64,000 nt of DNA from assembly GCA_965202985.1 (NCBI GenBank), contig CBDBCF010000002.1:192001-256000 (forward strand), read 5' to 3'. The notes under the pieces were generated by a model. That model saw nothing but the letters and a program-made list of their open reading frames with translations. It was not told the DNA's origin and did not search any database. The position numbers were made by a program, and so were the translations under genes. The stretch comes from Longimicrobiales bacterium. GTDB lineage: Bacteria > Gemmatimonadota > Gemmatimonadetes > Longimicrobiales > Gaopeijiaceae. This document shows, in pieces, positions 49,682 through 59,535 of this stretch (positions are counted from its first letter, which is position 1; each line of letters begins with the position of its first letter).

Positions 49682-52600
49682 ATGCAGACAGACCAAGACT
49701 GCCGCAAGAGCGTCGGCGCACAGCTCGAGGCGTCGCGCCGGGACCTGCTTGACGTCGGGCTTCGCAACCCGCTGATAGCGTTCCGTCCGCTCCGTGCCAA
49801 GGGGGTGCGGATCGTCGACGAGGTCTCGCGCGAGGTCTACCGCATCTTGGTGGCGGAGAAGCGGCCGATGTACTTCCTGGCCGCGCCGGAAGTCGAAGCT
49901 GCGGGCGGTCCCGCCCCCTCCGACGAAGGCGCCGACGTGCCGAGCGAGCTTCGGGCGCTGATCAGCGAGTCGGCGCGTCGGGAGGCGCCGAGCGAGCGCC
50001 ACGTGGACAACAAGCTGCAGACGGTCCACAGCGCTGTGCGACTGGACAGACGGCTGCGGAACACGCTTCGGCATGCGCGGTCGTCGATTGAGGAGCAGGG
50101 CGTCAACATCTTGTACTTGGCGCTGGGAGCGCTGGTCTGGTACGAGTCGCCCTCCAGCGAGGTTGCGCGCCGGGCGCCCTTGGTGCTGGTGCCGGTGGAG
50201 CTGGACAGGGGGAGCGCCCGCGCCCGCTTCAAGGTGCAGTGGACCGCCGAGGACATCGACGCCAACCTGTCGCTGGACGCCAAGCTGCGGGGCGACTTCG
50301 GCCTCTCCCTGCCGGAGATGGGCGACGACGACGACCTGGACGTGGACAACTACTTTCGCCAGGTGGAGGAAACGGTCTCGGAGATGGATCGGTGGCATGT
50401 CGACCGGGACGCGGTCGACCTGGGCTTCTTCTCGTTCAGCAAGCTGCTGATCTACAAGGACTTGGCGCCGGAAGCTTGGCCCGAAGACGAAAAGCCGGAC
50501 GACCATCCGGTCATGCGGGCGCTCTTCTGCGGCGGGTTCGGCGGGAGTGCCGGGAACGGCGCGGAAGCCGGACTCGCGGACTGCGGCGACGGTGAGGAGC
50601 GCCGCCTGGACGACCGCGTGGCGCCTGGCGACACCCACGAGGTGATGGACTCGGACAGCTCGCAGACCGAGGCCGTGCTGGACGTGCTGGCGGGCCACCA
50701 CTTGGTGATCCAGGGGCCGCCGGGCACGGGCAAGTCGCAGACGATCACCAACCTGATCGCCGAATGCGTGGCGCAGCGCAAGAAGGTGCTGTTCGTGGCC
50801 GAAAAGATGGCCGCGCTGGAGGTCGTCAAGCGCCGGCTGGACGCCGTTCACGTGGGCGACGCCTGTCTGGAACTGCACAGCCACAAGGCCAGCAAGGCCG
50901 CCGTCCTGGCCGAGCTGAAGCGCACCGTCCAGCTGGGGCGGCCCCAGGTCGCCGACGTCGACGAGGACCGGGAGCTGCTGCGGACGGCCCGCGACCGCCT
51001 GAACGAGTACGCGCAGGCCGTCAACTCCCATGTGGGGAAGACCAAGCTGACGCCCCATCAGCTGGTTGGCATGTGGTCGCAGCTGGGAGGGTCGGAGGCT
51101 TCCGGAGGCTCGGACGCCCCCGGGTTGGAGCAGGTCGCGCCGGTGGCTTGGACCCGCGAGGACTTCAAGGTGCGTCGCGAAGCCGTGCGCGAGATGCAGG
51201 ACCTGCTGGGGGCGATCGGCGTTCCCAGGGAACACGCGTTCTGGGGAAGCGCCCTGACGCGGCACATGCCGCAAGACCGCGCCAAGGTTGCGGAGGTGCT
51301 GGACGCCGCCGCCGCGGCCCTCCGCCGTCACGACGAAGACGCACGCCAGCTTCGCGACCTCTTGGGGGCCGGCCCCGACCCCTTGGACCGGGCCAAGACG
51401 GGCGTGCTCCTTGTCACGGCGGCTCGGCTGGCCGAGGCCCCGAACCTGTCCGGCGTCCGGCACAGGGCCCCCGAGTGGACCCGGCGCGCCGCCGAAGTCG
51501 AGGCCCTGGCCCGCGACGCACTGGAGTTCGCCCGCCTTCGCGCCGAGCACGACGAGGTGCTGATCCCCGAGGCCTGGGACGACCCGCAGGTGCTGGCTCA
51601 CCGCCAGGGACTGGCAGCCTCCGGCGAAAAGTGGTGGAGGTTTCTGTCCGGCAGCTACCGGAAGGCGGTCAAGGGGATCCGCGGACTGTGCCGCGAAGCG
51701 TCGCCCACCGCACACAAAGAGCGGCTGGCCCTGCTGGACGCGGTCTTGGCCGCGCGCCGGCTGCACGGCAACGTCGAGGGAGCGGGGACCCTCTGGACGC
51801 GCCTCTTCGGCGACGGGAAGCCAGGCCAGAGCGCCGAGGCGCACCGCAGGGCAGGGGATGTGGCCGAGTGGCTCTTGCGCCTGCACCGGGATACGGCTTC
51901 CGGCGAGATCCACCCCTGCGTGCACGATGCGTTGGACCGTCCGCCCGACGAGGCCGGCCTCCGCGCCGCAAGCGACGCCTGTCGCAAGTCTCGCGAGGCC
52001 CTGTCGGAGGCGCTCGACGCCGTGGCGGCGGCACTGGAGCTGGACGCCGCCCGGTTCGCGCCCCTGCTGCCGCCGGGCGACAGGCCGTTCGGCGAGATGG
52101 AACGTTGGCTCAGTGCGGCTTCCGGGGCGGTGGAGTTGCTTCAGGACATCGTCCGATTCAACCAAGTCGCCAGGCGCTTGGCCGACCACGGGCTGGAGAG
52201 CGTGAGCGAGGTGGCCGCCGAGTGGGACCGGGCCGACCGGGAGCTGGTGCGCGCCTTCGAACGCCGCTGCTGTTCGGCTTGGCTCAAACTGGCCTGGGAC
52301 GAGCGGCCCGTGCTGGCCGAGTTCCACGGCGCGACGCAACAGGGCACGGTCGCCCGATTCCGGCAGCTGGACCGGGGTCAATTCGCCCGCAACCAAGCCC
52401 GGGTCGCGCACCGTCACTGGGAGGGCGTTCCCCGGGGCTCGGGCGGCGGGCAAATGCTCGTTCTGGCGCGCGAGTTCGAGAAGAAGCGGCGGCACCTTCC
52501 GTTGCGGAAGCTCATGGAGCAAGCCGGCAGCGCGGTGCAGCGGATCAAGCCCGTCTTCATGATGAGCCCCCTGTCCGTGGCCAAGTTCGTCCCGCCGAAG

Positions 52601-54676
52601 TCGCCGGTGCGCTTCGACCTGGTGATCTTCGACGAGGCCAGCCAAGTGCGTCCGGTCGAGGCCTTCGGGGCGATCGCGCGAGCGGGGCAGGCCGTGGTGG
52701 TGGGCGACAGCAAGCAGCTGCCCCCGACGACCTTCTTCGACCGCATGGCCGAGGACGACGACGACAACCCTTCCGCAGCGTCCGACTTGGAAAGCATCTT
52801 GGGGATGTTCTGCGCCCAGCAGGCGCCGGAGCGGATGCTCAGGTGGCACTACCGGAGCCGCCACGAGTCCCTGATCTCGTTCTCCAACGAGGCGTTCTAC
52901 GACAGCCGTCTGGTGATCTTCCCCAGCCCCGACAAGGGCCGGGAGAGCACCGGTCTGCGCATGCGCTACGATCCGGAGTCGTTCTACAAGCCCGGGAGCG
53001 GCGGGCGCGTGAACCCCGCGGAGGCGCGGGCCGTGGCGGAGGCGGTCGCGCGACACGCCGTCGAGTCCCCGCACCTGACGCTGGGCGTGGCGGCGTTCAG
53101 CTTGGCGCAGGCTCGCGCAGTCGAAGACCAGTTGGAGATCCTGCGTCGGCAAGACGCTTCGTCAGAAACGTTCTTCGCGGCCCACCCCGAGGAGCCGTTC
53201 TTCGTCAAGAACCTGGAGAACGTCCAGGGCGACGAGCGCGACGTGATCTTGATCAGCGTCGGCTACGGCAAGCGGCAGGACGGGCGGATGGGGATGAACT
53301 TCGGCCCGCTCAACCAGGAAGGGGGCGAGCGGCGCCTGAACGTGCTCGTCACCCGCGCGCGCCGGCGGTGCTTGGTATTCGCCAACTTCGAGGCCGCCGA
53401 CGTGCGAAGCGATGCTCGGGGGGTCGTTGCGCTGAAGCAGTTCCTGAAGTACGCCCGCACGGGCAAGATGGAGCTGCCGGAGCGAACGGGGCGGGGCGCC
53501 GACTCGCCGTTCGAGGAGGCCGTGGCCCGGGAGCTCGGACGGCGGGGGCATCAAGTGGACCACCAAGTCGGCTCGGCGGGCTTCTTCGTGGACCTGGCCG
53601 TGGTGGACCCCGACCGGCGCGGACGCTACCTGCTGGGCGTGGAGTGCGACGGCGCCAGCTATCACAGCGCGCGCTCCGCCCGGGACCGAGACCGTCTCCG
53701 GCAGCAGGTCCTGGAGGGCCTGGGCTGGACGATCCACCGGATCTGGAGCACCGACTGGTTCATGAATCCAGACCGCGAAATGGAGCGGCTGGAAGAGGCG
53801 ATTCGACGGGCTCGGCAAGCTGGCTCGGACAGGACGTCCACTTTGGACGGCGTGTCCACTTTGGGCGGGACGCCGACTTCGGGCGGATTGTCAGTCCCGG
53901 GCCCGACCGCAGGTTCGGGCGAGCTGTCGGCGGCGGACTCGGCCTCGGCGGCGGGCGAAGTCCCGGCCTTGGACGGCCGCTCGGCGTCAAGCGGGGCTTC
54001 GGCGCATCGAGTCGCGCCGTCGCCCTCGCGGTCTCGCTCTCCGTCTCTGGTCCGCGAGGCACCGGCCGCACCAGCGCCCCGCGAGGTGTGCGTTCCGTAC
54101 CGGCCCGCCGACTTCGGGATCGACCTTGACGGCCGGGAGTTCCACGAGGTGCCCGTCCAGGAGGTGTCGGACTGGCTGGCTGAAGTGGTCGCCGTCGAGA
54201 GTCCCATTCACTGGGAAGAGGCAGGCGCGCGTGTTGTGCGATTCGCGAGACTGGGGCGAATGGGCTCCCGGATCAAGGAGCGGGTGTCGCAAGCGGTGGG
54301 CCAGTGCATTCGCGATGGCGCCGTGGCGGCGAATGGGGACTTCCTCTGGGTTCCCGACCGGCAGTGGCGTCCCGGGGAGCCGCAGGCCCGGGTCCGCTGC
54401 CGAAAGGACGTCCACGACAGCCTGCGCAGAATCGATCGCATCGCGCCCGAGGAGATCGGCCATACGCTGGTGCTGGCCGTCCGTGACAGCCACGGCATCG
54501 AGGACGACGATGCCGTCGACGAGGCGGCACGCATCTTCGGGTTCAAGCGAGTGGGCAAGAACCTGCGCACCGGCTTCCACGCAGTCCTAGGCCGGTTGGT
54601 CCAGGAAGGGACCTTCCAGCGCCGGAGCGGCTTTCTGTACGAGGCCGACGGTTCCGCCGGCGACCGGAGCTCGTAG
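49682..54676 (+). CDS. DUF4011 / SF1 helicase / Vsr-like endonuclease / DUF3320 protein (HheA-like)
   Basis: LLDVGLRNPLI, EEQGVNILYLA, GPPGTGKSQT, DEASQ, ENVQGDERD and VECDGASYHS...RIWSTDW. Confidence 0.9.
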   Translation: MQTDQDCRKSVGAQLEASRRDLLDVGLRNPLIAFRPLRAKGVRIVDEVSREVYRILVAEKRPMYFLAAPEVEAAGGPAPSDEGADVPSELRALISESARREAPSERHVDNKLQTVHSAVRLDRRLRNTLRHARSSIEEQGVNILYLALGALVWYESPSSEVARRAPLVLVPVELDRGSARARFKVQWTAEDIDANLSLDAKLRGDFGLSLPEMGDDDDLDVDNYFRQVEETVSEMDRWHVDRDAVDLGFFSFSKLLIYKDLAPEAWPEDEKPDDHPVMRALFCGGFGGSAGNGAEAGLADCGDGEERRLDDRVAPGDTHEVMDSDSSQTEAVLDVLAGHHLVIQGPPGTGKSQTITNLIAECVAQRKKVLFVAEKMAALEVVKRRLDAVHVGDACLELHSHKASKAAVLAELKRTVQLGRPQVADVDEDRELLRTARDRLNEYAQAVNSHVGKTKLTPHQLVGMWSQLGGSEASGGSDAPGLEQVAPVAWTREDFKVRREAVREMQDLLGAIGVPREHAFWGSALTRHMPQDRAKVAEVLDAAAAALRRHDEDARQLRDLLGAGPDPLDRAKTGVLLVTAARLAEAPNLSGVRHRAPEWTRRAAEVEALARDALEFARLRAEHDEVLIPEAWDDPQVLAHRQGLAASGEKWWRFLSGSYRKAVKGIRGLCREASPTAHKERLALLDAVLAARRLHGNVEGAGTLWTRLFGDGKPGQSAEAHRRAGDVAEWLLRLHRDTASGEIHPCVHDALDRPPDEAGLRAASDACRKSREALSEALDAVAAALELDAARFAPLLPPGDRPFGEMERWLSAASGAVELLQDIVRFNQVARRLADHGLESVSEVAAEWDRADRELVRAFERRCCSAWLKLAWDERPVLAEFHGATQQGTVARFRQLDRGQFARNQARVAHRHWEGVPRGSGGGQMLVLAREFEKKRRHLPLRKLMEQAGSAVQRIKPVFMMSPLSVAKFVPPKSPVRFDLVIFDEASQVRPVEAFGAIARAGQAVVVGDSKQLPPTTFFDRMAEDDDDNPSAASDLESILGMFCAQQAPERMLRWHYRSRHESLISFSNEAFYDSRLVIFPSPDKGRESTGLRMRYDPESFYKPGSGGRVNPAEARAVAEAVARHAVESPHLTLGVAAFSLAQARAVEDQLEILRRQDASSETFFAAHPEEPFFVKNLENVQGDERDVILISVGYGKRQDGRMGMNFGPLNQEGGERRLNVLVTRARRRCLVFANFEAADVRSDARGVVALKQFLKYARTGKMELPERTGRGADSPFEEAVARELGRRGHQVDHQVGSAGFFVDLAVVDPDRRGRYLLGVECDGASYHSARSARDRDRLRQQVLEGLGWTIHRIWSTDWFMNPDREMERLEEAIRRARQAGSDRTSTLDGVSTLGGTPTSGGLSVPGPTAGSGELSAADSASAAGEVPALDGRSASSGASAHRVAPSPSRSRSPSLVREAPAAPAPREVCVPYRPADFGIDLDGREFHEVPVQEVSDWLAEVVAVESPIHWEEAGARVVRFARLGRMGSRIKERVSQAVGQCIRDGAVAANGDFLWVPDRQWRPGEPQARVRCRKDVHDSLRRIDRIAPEEIGHTLVLAVRDSHGIEDDDAVDEAARIFGFKRVGKNLRTGFHAVLGRLVQEGTFQRRSGFLYEADGSAGDRSS

Positions 54677-54711
54677 TTGTTCGGGACCTGCGCCCGTGAC
54701 CGGAACCGATA

Positions 54712-55176
54712 ATGTCGGGCGGCTGCGCCCGCGATCGGGCTTGGATGGCGCGTGCGCTCGAGATGGCCCGCGCGGGCGCCGCACGCGGGGAGGTCCCCGT
54801 CGGCGCAGTCGTCGTGCTGGAAGGCAAGGTGCTTGCCGAGGACCACAACCGGACCGTGGCGTGGTCCGATCCCACGGCTCACGCCGAGTCCGTGGCGATC
54901 CGTGCCGCTGCTCGCCGCCTGGGCGACTGGCGGCTGGAGGGATGCACGCTCTATGCCACGCTGGAGCCGTGCGCACAGTGCGCCGGGGCCGTCGTGCTGG
55001 CCCGAATCCCGAGGCTGGTGTTCGCCGCCTCGGACCCCAAGTCTGGCATGGCAGGCAGCCTGGAAGACCTGGTCCGAGACCCCCGCCTCAACCACGCCGC
55101 CGAAGTCGTGAGCGGCGTCCTGGCACGAGAATCCGCCGAACTGCTCCAAGCTTTTTTTAGGGTGCGGCGGGCGTAG
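54712..55176 (+). CDS. tadA: tRNA adenosine(34) deaminase
   Basis: GEVPVGA, DPTAHAE, TLEPCAQC and DPKSG; start may be 54745. Confidence 0.92.
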   Translation: MSGGCARDRAWMARALEMARAGAARGEVPVGAVVVLEGKVLAEDHNRTVAWSDPTAHAESVAIRAAARRLGDWRLEGCTLYATLEPCAQCAGAVVLARIPRLVFAASDPKSGMAGSLEDLVRDPRLNHAAEVVSGVLARESAELLQAFFRVRRA

Positions 55177-55393
55177 CGGGTCATGGCTTCTGGTCGATGG
55201 CCACGACGATCGACTACCGGCGGCAACCGGCGTGGCCTGCAAGGCTCCGGGGCCTGCGGACCGCGGGGCTGCGCCGTGTGAATTTTGATATACCAAGTTT
55301 CGCGACGACAGGCATCTCCCCAGTAATCGCAACCGATGGGCGTCCGCGAGGAAAGTCCCGCGAGGTCGCCCATCGCTGGAAGGGAGAAGCATC

Positions 55394-56017
55394 ATGACGA
55401 CGTTCCAAGGATTCGCCTTGCGCATTATCGCTGTCCTGCGCCGCATCATCCTCGCGGTGAGGCCGGCTCGCCCGGTACGCCACCCCGTCGGCGTCAGAAA
55501 CCTCAACCTCGGGCTCACACTGATTGCGACGGCTTTGGCGGTTGCGGTCGGGCTGCTGGTGTCCCCGGTCACGGGCGCGTCCTCCTTGCAGGGGCAGTGC
55601 GTCGTCTGCAATGAGGACGGGCACTGCGTGGACGGAGCCGGGGGCTCGAGTTGCACGAGTACGCGAGGCGGCGGAAAGCATCGCTGCCAAGTGACGGGCG
55701 GGTGCGAATGCACCAAGGTCGAGATACCGTTCTGGTTCGACACCCAGGTCTGCGCACCGACCGAAAGCGAGCAACAGGCAAGCCTGATGCCCGGCGTGGA
55801 CACTCGGATCATCGATCACGGCGGACGCAACATTACCTTGATTCGAGTAGGGCCAGCCCACTTCGCCGGAGCCGCCCAATGCGGGTCCAGCGACGATTGG
55901 GTCTTCCTTGCGCGCCAATTGCCGAGTGGTGAGCTTGCCGTTACCTTGAATCCGCTCGTCATCCGATTCCAGCGCTGGGCCCACGGGCTCGCGTTCGAGC
56001 GAGCAACGACCGACTGA
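55394..56017 (+). CDS. Exported or membrane-anchored Cys-rich protein
   Basis: SD before ATG; hydrophobic segment followed by 8 Cys in 52 aa. Confidence 0.65.
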   Translation: MTTFQGFALRIIAVLRRIILAVRPARPVRHPVGVRNLNLGLTLIATALAVAVGLLVSPVTGASSLQGQCVVCNEDGHCVDGAGGSSCTSTRGGGKHRCQVTGGCECTKVEIPFWFDTQVCAPTESEQQASLMPGVDTRIIDHGGRNITLIRVGPAHFAGAAQCGSSDDWVFLARQLPSGELAVTLNPLVIRFQRWAHGLAFERATTD

Positions 56018-56047
56018 GCCTGCTGGGCCAATCAGGAGGCATTCGAC

Positions 56048-57115
56048 ATGAAGCTCCACTTCATGAAGACCATCGTTGGGGCCGTCCTGCTATTCGCGTC
56101 GAGTCTGGCGGTGACCGGCGAACTGGTTGCGGCCCACACGCAGGCGTCGACGTACCCGCTCGAAGTGCGTGTCCGGGAGATCTGGAGCACATACGGCGAT
56201 CCGGGATTCGGATGGCCCAGAGGCATGTTGCAGTGGCCGGACGGAACTGTCTGGGTTGGCGACAGCCAAGTATCGGAGGTGGCCGAAGTATCGGCCGACG
56301 GCACCCAAATGAAGCTCGCTCTGCGCGGTGGCGAGGGTCCGGGCGAGCTCCGCAGAGTTTACCGGATCGTGCATTACCGGGACGGCGGAATCGTCATACA
56401 CGACGTGCCGGGATTCTCGTTCTTCGGTGCCGACAAGAAGTTCCGCCGACGGATGACGTGGCCCGTCAGCTTGAACACGCGCAGCGTAGTGGCAACGCCC
56501 GACGGCGACCTGATCGCCAGTGGCGGCTTCGGGTACAAAGACCACGAGCTGGCTCGCTACGCCGTGCATCGGTTCGACAGCAGGCGGGGTCGGCACGTCA
56601 AGAGCTGGCACGCCGCCGCCGACCACCAACAGTGGGAAACGGTTCGCCAGACTTCCGGGGGAGCAATGGCCGTTACGGCAGACGGCGGGCTCTTGGTGTC
56701 CGATGCGGCACCGTTCAGGATCACCCGTTATGCCGATCTCCTGGGTAATGGAGCGCAACTTGTGATCGAGGACGAAGGCGTGGTCTCCGCATCGGAACGA
56801 GACCGGGCGGTCACGTACCTGCCTGACGGCTACGAGTACAATAGCGGGTGGACCCGATCGTACTTTATCAACGAGCTCGAGAACGGAAACATTCTCAATG
56901 TCGTAAAGGTCTGGCCCGAAGAGGGCCCGCCCACGAGCGAATGGCTCGTCGTCTCGCCGGAGGGAAGCATCTTGGCCCGCAGTCCTGTGGCGAAGGGATA
57001 CGAGGTGTGGAACGCCACTCCCGACGGCCGCTACTTGGCCACGTATTGGGACGACCCGGCTGGCATGGACGCGGCGGTCAAGCTGGAAGTGGCGGTCGGC
57101 CCGCCGCCACGGTGA
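56048..57115 (+). CDS. Exported beta-propeller protein (6-bladed/NHL-like)
   Basis: AGGAGG SD, signal peptide, GEGPGEL, and repeated PDG/ADG turns. Confidence 0.8.
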   Translation: MKLHFMKTIVGAVLLFASSLAVTGELVAAHTQASTYPLEVRVREIWSTYGDPGFGWPRGMLQWPDGTVWVGDSQVSEVAEVSADGTQMKLALRGGEGPGELRRVYRIVHYRDGGIVIHDVPGFSFFGADKKFRRRMTWPVSLNTRSVVATPDGDLIASGGFGYKDHELARYAVHRFDSRRGRHVKSWHAAADHQQWETVRQTSGGAMAVTADGGLLVSDAAPFRITRYADLLGNGAQLVIEDEGVVSASERDRAVTYLPDGYEYNSGWTRSYFINELENGNILNVVKVWPEEGPPTSEWLVVSPEGSILARSPVAKGYEVWNATPDGRYLATYWDDPAGMDAAVKLEVAVGPPPR

Positions 57116-57142
57116 CGCGAACCTAGGGAGTGGGGACTGGCC

Positions 57143-57294
57143 GTCGTCGGTTCCCGGCATGCGTCCGACGAGGCTCTCGAATGCGCGGTGCCCCGGCGCG
57201 ACGACACTCGTTGAGCACGCGCTTGGACCAAGCGTCGCAGTATACATCCTGGGCCTTTGACGACCGGTGCAGGAAGGCTGGCCTGACCGCCTCC
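57143..57294 (+). pseudogene. Degenerate IS3-family transposase (integrase core) remnant
   Basis: VVG...DEALECAV then, after a frame change, DQASQYTSWAFDDRCRKAGL, resembling the IS3 motif HSDQGSQYTS.AF..RC..AG. Confidence 0.65.
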
Positions 57295-57385
57295 CACCGT
57301 TGCGCCGTCGCATTCGACGCCGGCATGTACGCCCAAGCCGTTGCGAACGCATCGCACCACCGGACCATCCTGAACGCCGTCATCG

Positions 57386-59479
57386 TTATCCCTCCGCCGA
57401 AACTTCCTCCACAGGCGTCCCGAAAATGCGCAGGATCACGGCCAGCACGATCACGCTGGCCGGCAGCGCCACCCAGTGGGGCAGCCCGAGCGCGGTGCCG
57501 ATGCTGCCCAGGGCCAATCCCACGGCGCCCACCAGCATGGCGTACGGCAACTGGGTGCGGACGTGATCCATGTGGTCGCAGGCCGCCGCCGTGGACGACA
57601 GCACGGTGGTGTCCGAGATCGGCGAGCAGTGGTCGCCCCAGATCGCCCCTGCCAGGACGGCGCTGACCGCCCCCAGGAGGAAGCCGTATTGGGAACCGTC
57701 GGCGAAACCCGTTCCGCCCGCCAGGGACACGGTGAGCGGCACCACCAGCGGGATCATGATCGCCATGGTTGTCCAGGAGGTGCCCGTGGCGAACGCCATC
57801 GCCCCCGACGTGACGAACACCAGGGCCGGAAGCATCCACAGGGGAAGGTTGCCGCTCAGCAAGCCGGACAGGTAGCCGGCCGTCCCCAGGTCCGAGGTCA
57901 CCGATCCCAGCGACCACGCCAGGACCAGGATCGTCATGGCCACCATCATGGCCTTCACGCCGCCGGTCCAGGCGTCCACGCACTCGTGGATCGTCAGCGC
58001 GCGCTGGGCCAGCGAGAGCACCGCTGCCACCAAGCATCCCGCCAGCGAGCCCCAGAGCAGGGTGTTGAAGGGATCGGCGGCCCCGAAGACGTCTCGCAGC
58101 GACGCGTCAGGACCCGCCCCGGCCCGGCCCGTGACGTACAGCCCGCCCAGCACCACGGCCACCACGGCGAGCACCGGAAGGCCGGCGTTCCAACCGTTGC
58201 ACGCCAAGCCTTCCTTGGCCTGCAAGAAGCTGCCCGACGTGTCGGTGGCCGGTGTGGCGCCCGGCCGGTGGAGCCCGCCCCCGGCCGCGGCTCTGGCTTC
58301 GGCCCGGGCCATGGGACCGAAGTCCCGGTTCATGACCGACGTGAGGAACACGAACGCCATCGCCAGCAGGGGGTAGAACAGGTAGGGGATCGACTGGACG
58401 AACAGGGTGTAGGGACTCAGCGCCGCAAAGAACGCCGACTCCGCGCCGGTGGTCCCCGCGGCCACGGAGTCCAGGCCGCCGCCGATCAGCGACACCTCGT
58501 AACCGACCCAGGTGGACACGGGCACCAGGGCCGCCACCGGCGCCGCCGTCGAGTCCACTAGATACGCCAGCTTCTCGCGGGAGATCTTCAGCTTGTCGGT
58601 GATGGGGCGCATGGTGTTGCCCACCACGAGCGTGTTGGCGTAGTCGTCGAAGAAGATCGCCAGGCCGGCCAGCGCGGTGGCGACCTTGCCCCGTCGGCGG
58701 TTCCTTGCCAGGGGCGTCACCGCCCGCACGATGCCCAGCGTGCCCCCGTTGCGCCCGATGATCCCCACCATCCCGCCCAGCATCAGGCTGAAGACGACGA
58801 TCTGCGCGTGGCCGCTGCTGGTGTCCGCCAGCGCCGAGATCACGTACTGATCCACCATGCGCCACGTGGCGTCCAGCGGGTTGTAGCCCGACACCGCCAG
58901 GGCGCCCAGCCAGATGCCCGCCACCAGCGCGGTGATCACTTCCTTGAACGCCAGCGCCAGCAGGATGGCGAACAGCGGCGGCAGCACCGAGAACCATCCC
59001 GGCGCGTAGGGGCGCGAGAACTCCTCGACCGCGTCGCCCACGCGAACCGACAGGGGCAGGGCGTCCCGCGAGGCCACGGAGATGTCGCGGAACTCCCGCA
59101 CTTCGCCGGCGTCCACCGGCCCCGACGCGAGCAGCGTGCCTTGGGCATCGCGGATCTCCGCCAGCGCCGACAGGCCCCGCTCCCTTCCGGCCGACGTGGC
59201 TTCCTCGCCCGCCACCGACAGGGAGAAGGGAACCGACCCGAGCACGACCTTGGGGCCGTCCGCCACTTGCTGGCCGCTGGCCGCCGCCGTCGGGAGCGCG
59301 AGCGCCAGCACGACAGCAGCGACGCGCCGGGCGAGTCGGAAGGCGGGCCAACGGCGGATCGTGACGCGCGGGCGCCGAACCCGCGCGCCTGAGCCAAGGG
59401 CCGCCGCCCTCGAATGCGGGGTCGGCGCGTGGGAAGTCGGCGCTGGCGAACGGAAGATCGAGGCGTCGAGACGGGACAT
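57386..59479 (-). CDS. NhaC-family transporter with N-terminal extracytoplasmic extension
   Basis: FFDDYAN, SREKLAYLVDSTAAP, GTSW and GDHCSPISDTT; start uncertain. Confidence 0.9.
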   Translation of the reverse strand: MSRLDASIFRSPAPTSHAPTPHSRAAALGSGARVRRPRVTIRRWPAFRLARRVAAVVLALALPTAAASGQQVADGPKVVLGSVPFSLSVAGEEATSAGRERGLSALAEIRDAQGTLLASGPVDAGEVREFRDISVASRDALPLSVRVGDAVEEFSRPYAPGWFSVLPPLFAILLALAFKEVITALVAGIWLGALAVSGYNPLDATWRMVDQYVISALADTSSGHAQIVVFSLMLGGMVGIIGRNGGTLGIVRAVTPLARNRRRGKVATALAGLAIFFDDYANTLVVGNTMRPITDKLKISREKLAYLVDSTAAPVAALVPVSTWVGYEVSLIGGGLDSVAAGTTGAESAFFAALSPYTLFVQSIPYLFYPLLAMAFVFLTSVMNRDFGPMARAEARAAAGGGLHRPGATPATDTSGSFLQAKEGLACNGWNAGLPVLAVVAVVLGGLYVTGRAGAGPDASLRDVFGAADPFNTLLWGSLAGCLVAAVLSLAQRALTIHECVDAWTGGVKAMMVAMTILVLAWSLGSVTSDLGTAGYLSGLLSGNLPLWMLPALVFVTSGAMAFATGTSWTTMAIMIPLVVPLTVSLAGGTGFADGSQYGFLLGAVSAVLAGAIWGDHCSPISDTTVLSSTAAACDHMDHVRTQLPYAMLVGAVGLALGSIGTALGLPHWVALPASVIVLAVILRIFGTPVEEVSAEG

Positions 59480-59535
59480 GGGCACTCCGCGGTCGGGTCT
59501 GGGAACTGCTCCCATCATGTTGGACCGGCGTTTCC

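Noticed and set aside
49352..53152. Long antisense ORFs (also 9947..12475, 26599..29154, 35911..38631 and others)
   Set aside because: Typical stop-poor shadow frames of high-GC genes, with no recognisable motifs.
55348..55358. GAGGAAAGTCC, the RNase P RNA signature
   Set aside because: It lies in a local hairpin immediately before a CDS, and no 3' P4 partner or other rnpB elements follow.
57123..57383. 86-aa minus-strand ORF with a GGAGG SD after the NhaC stop
   Set aside because: No recognisable features, and the opposite strand is better explained as an IS3 remnant.
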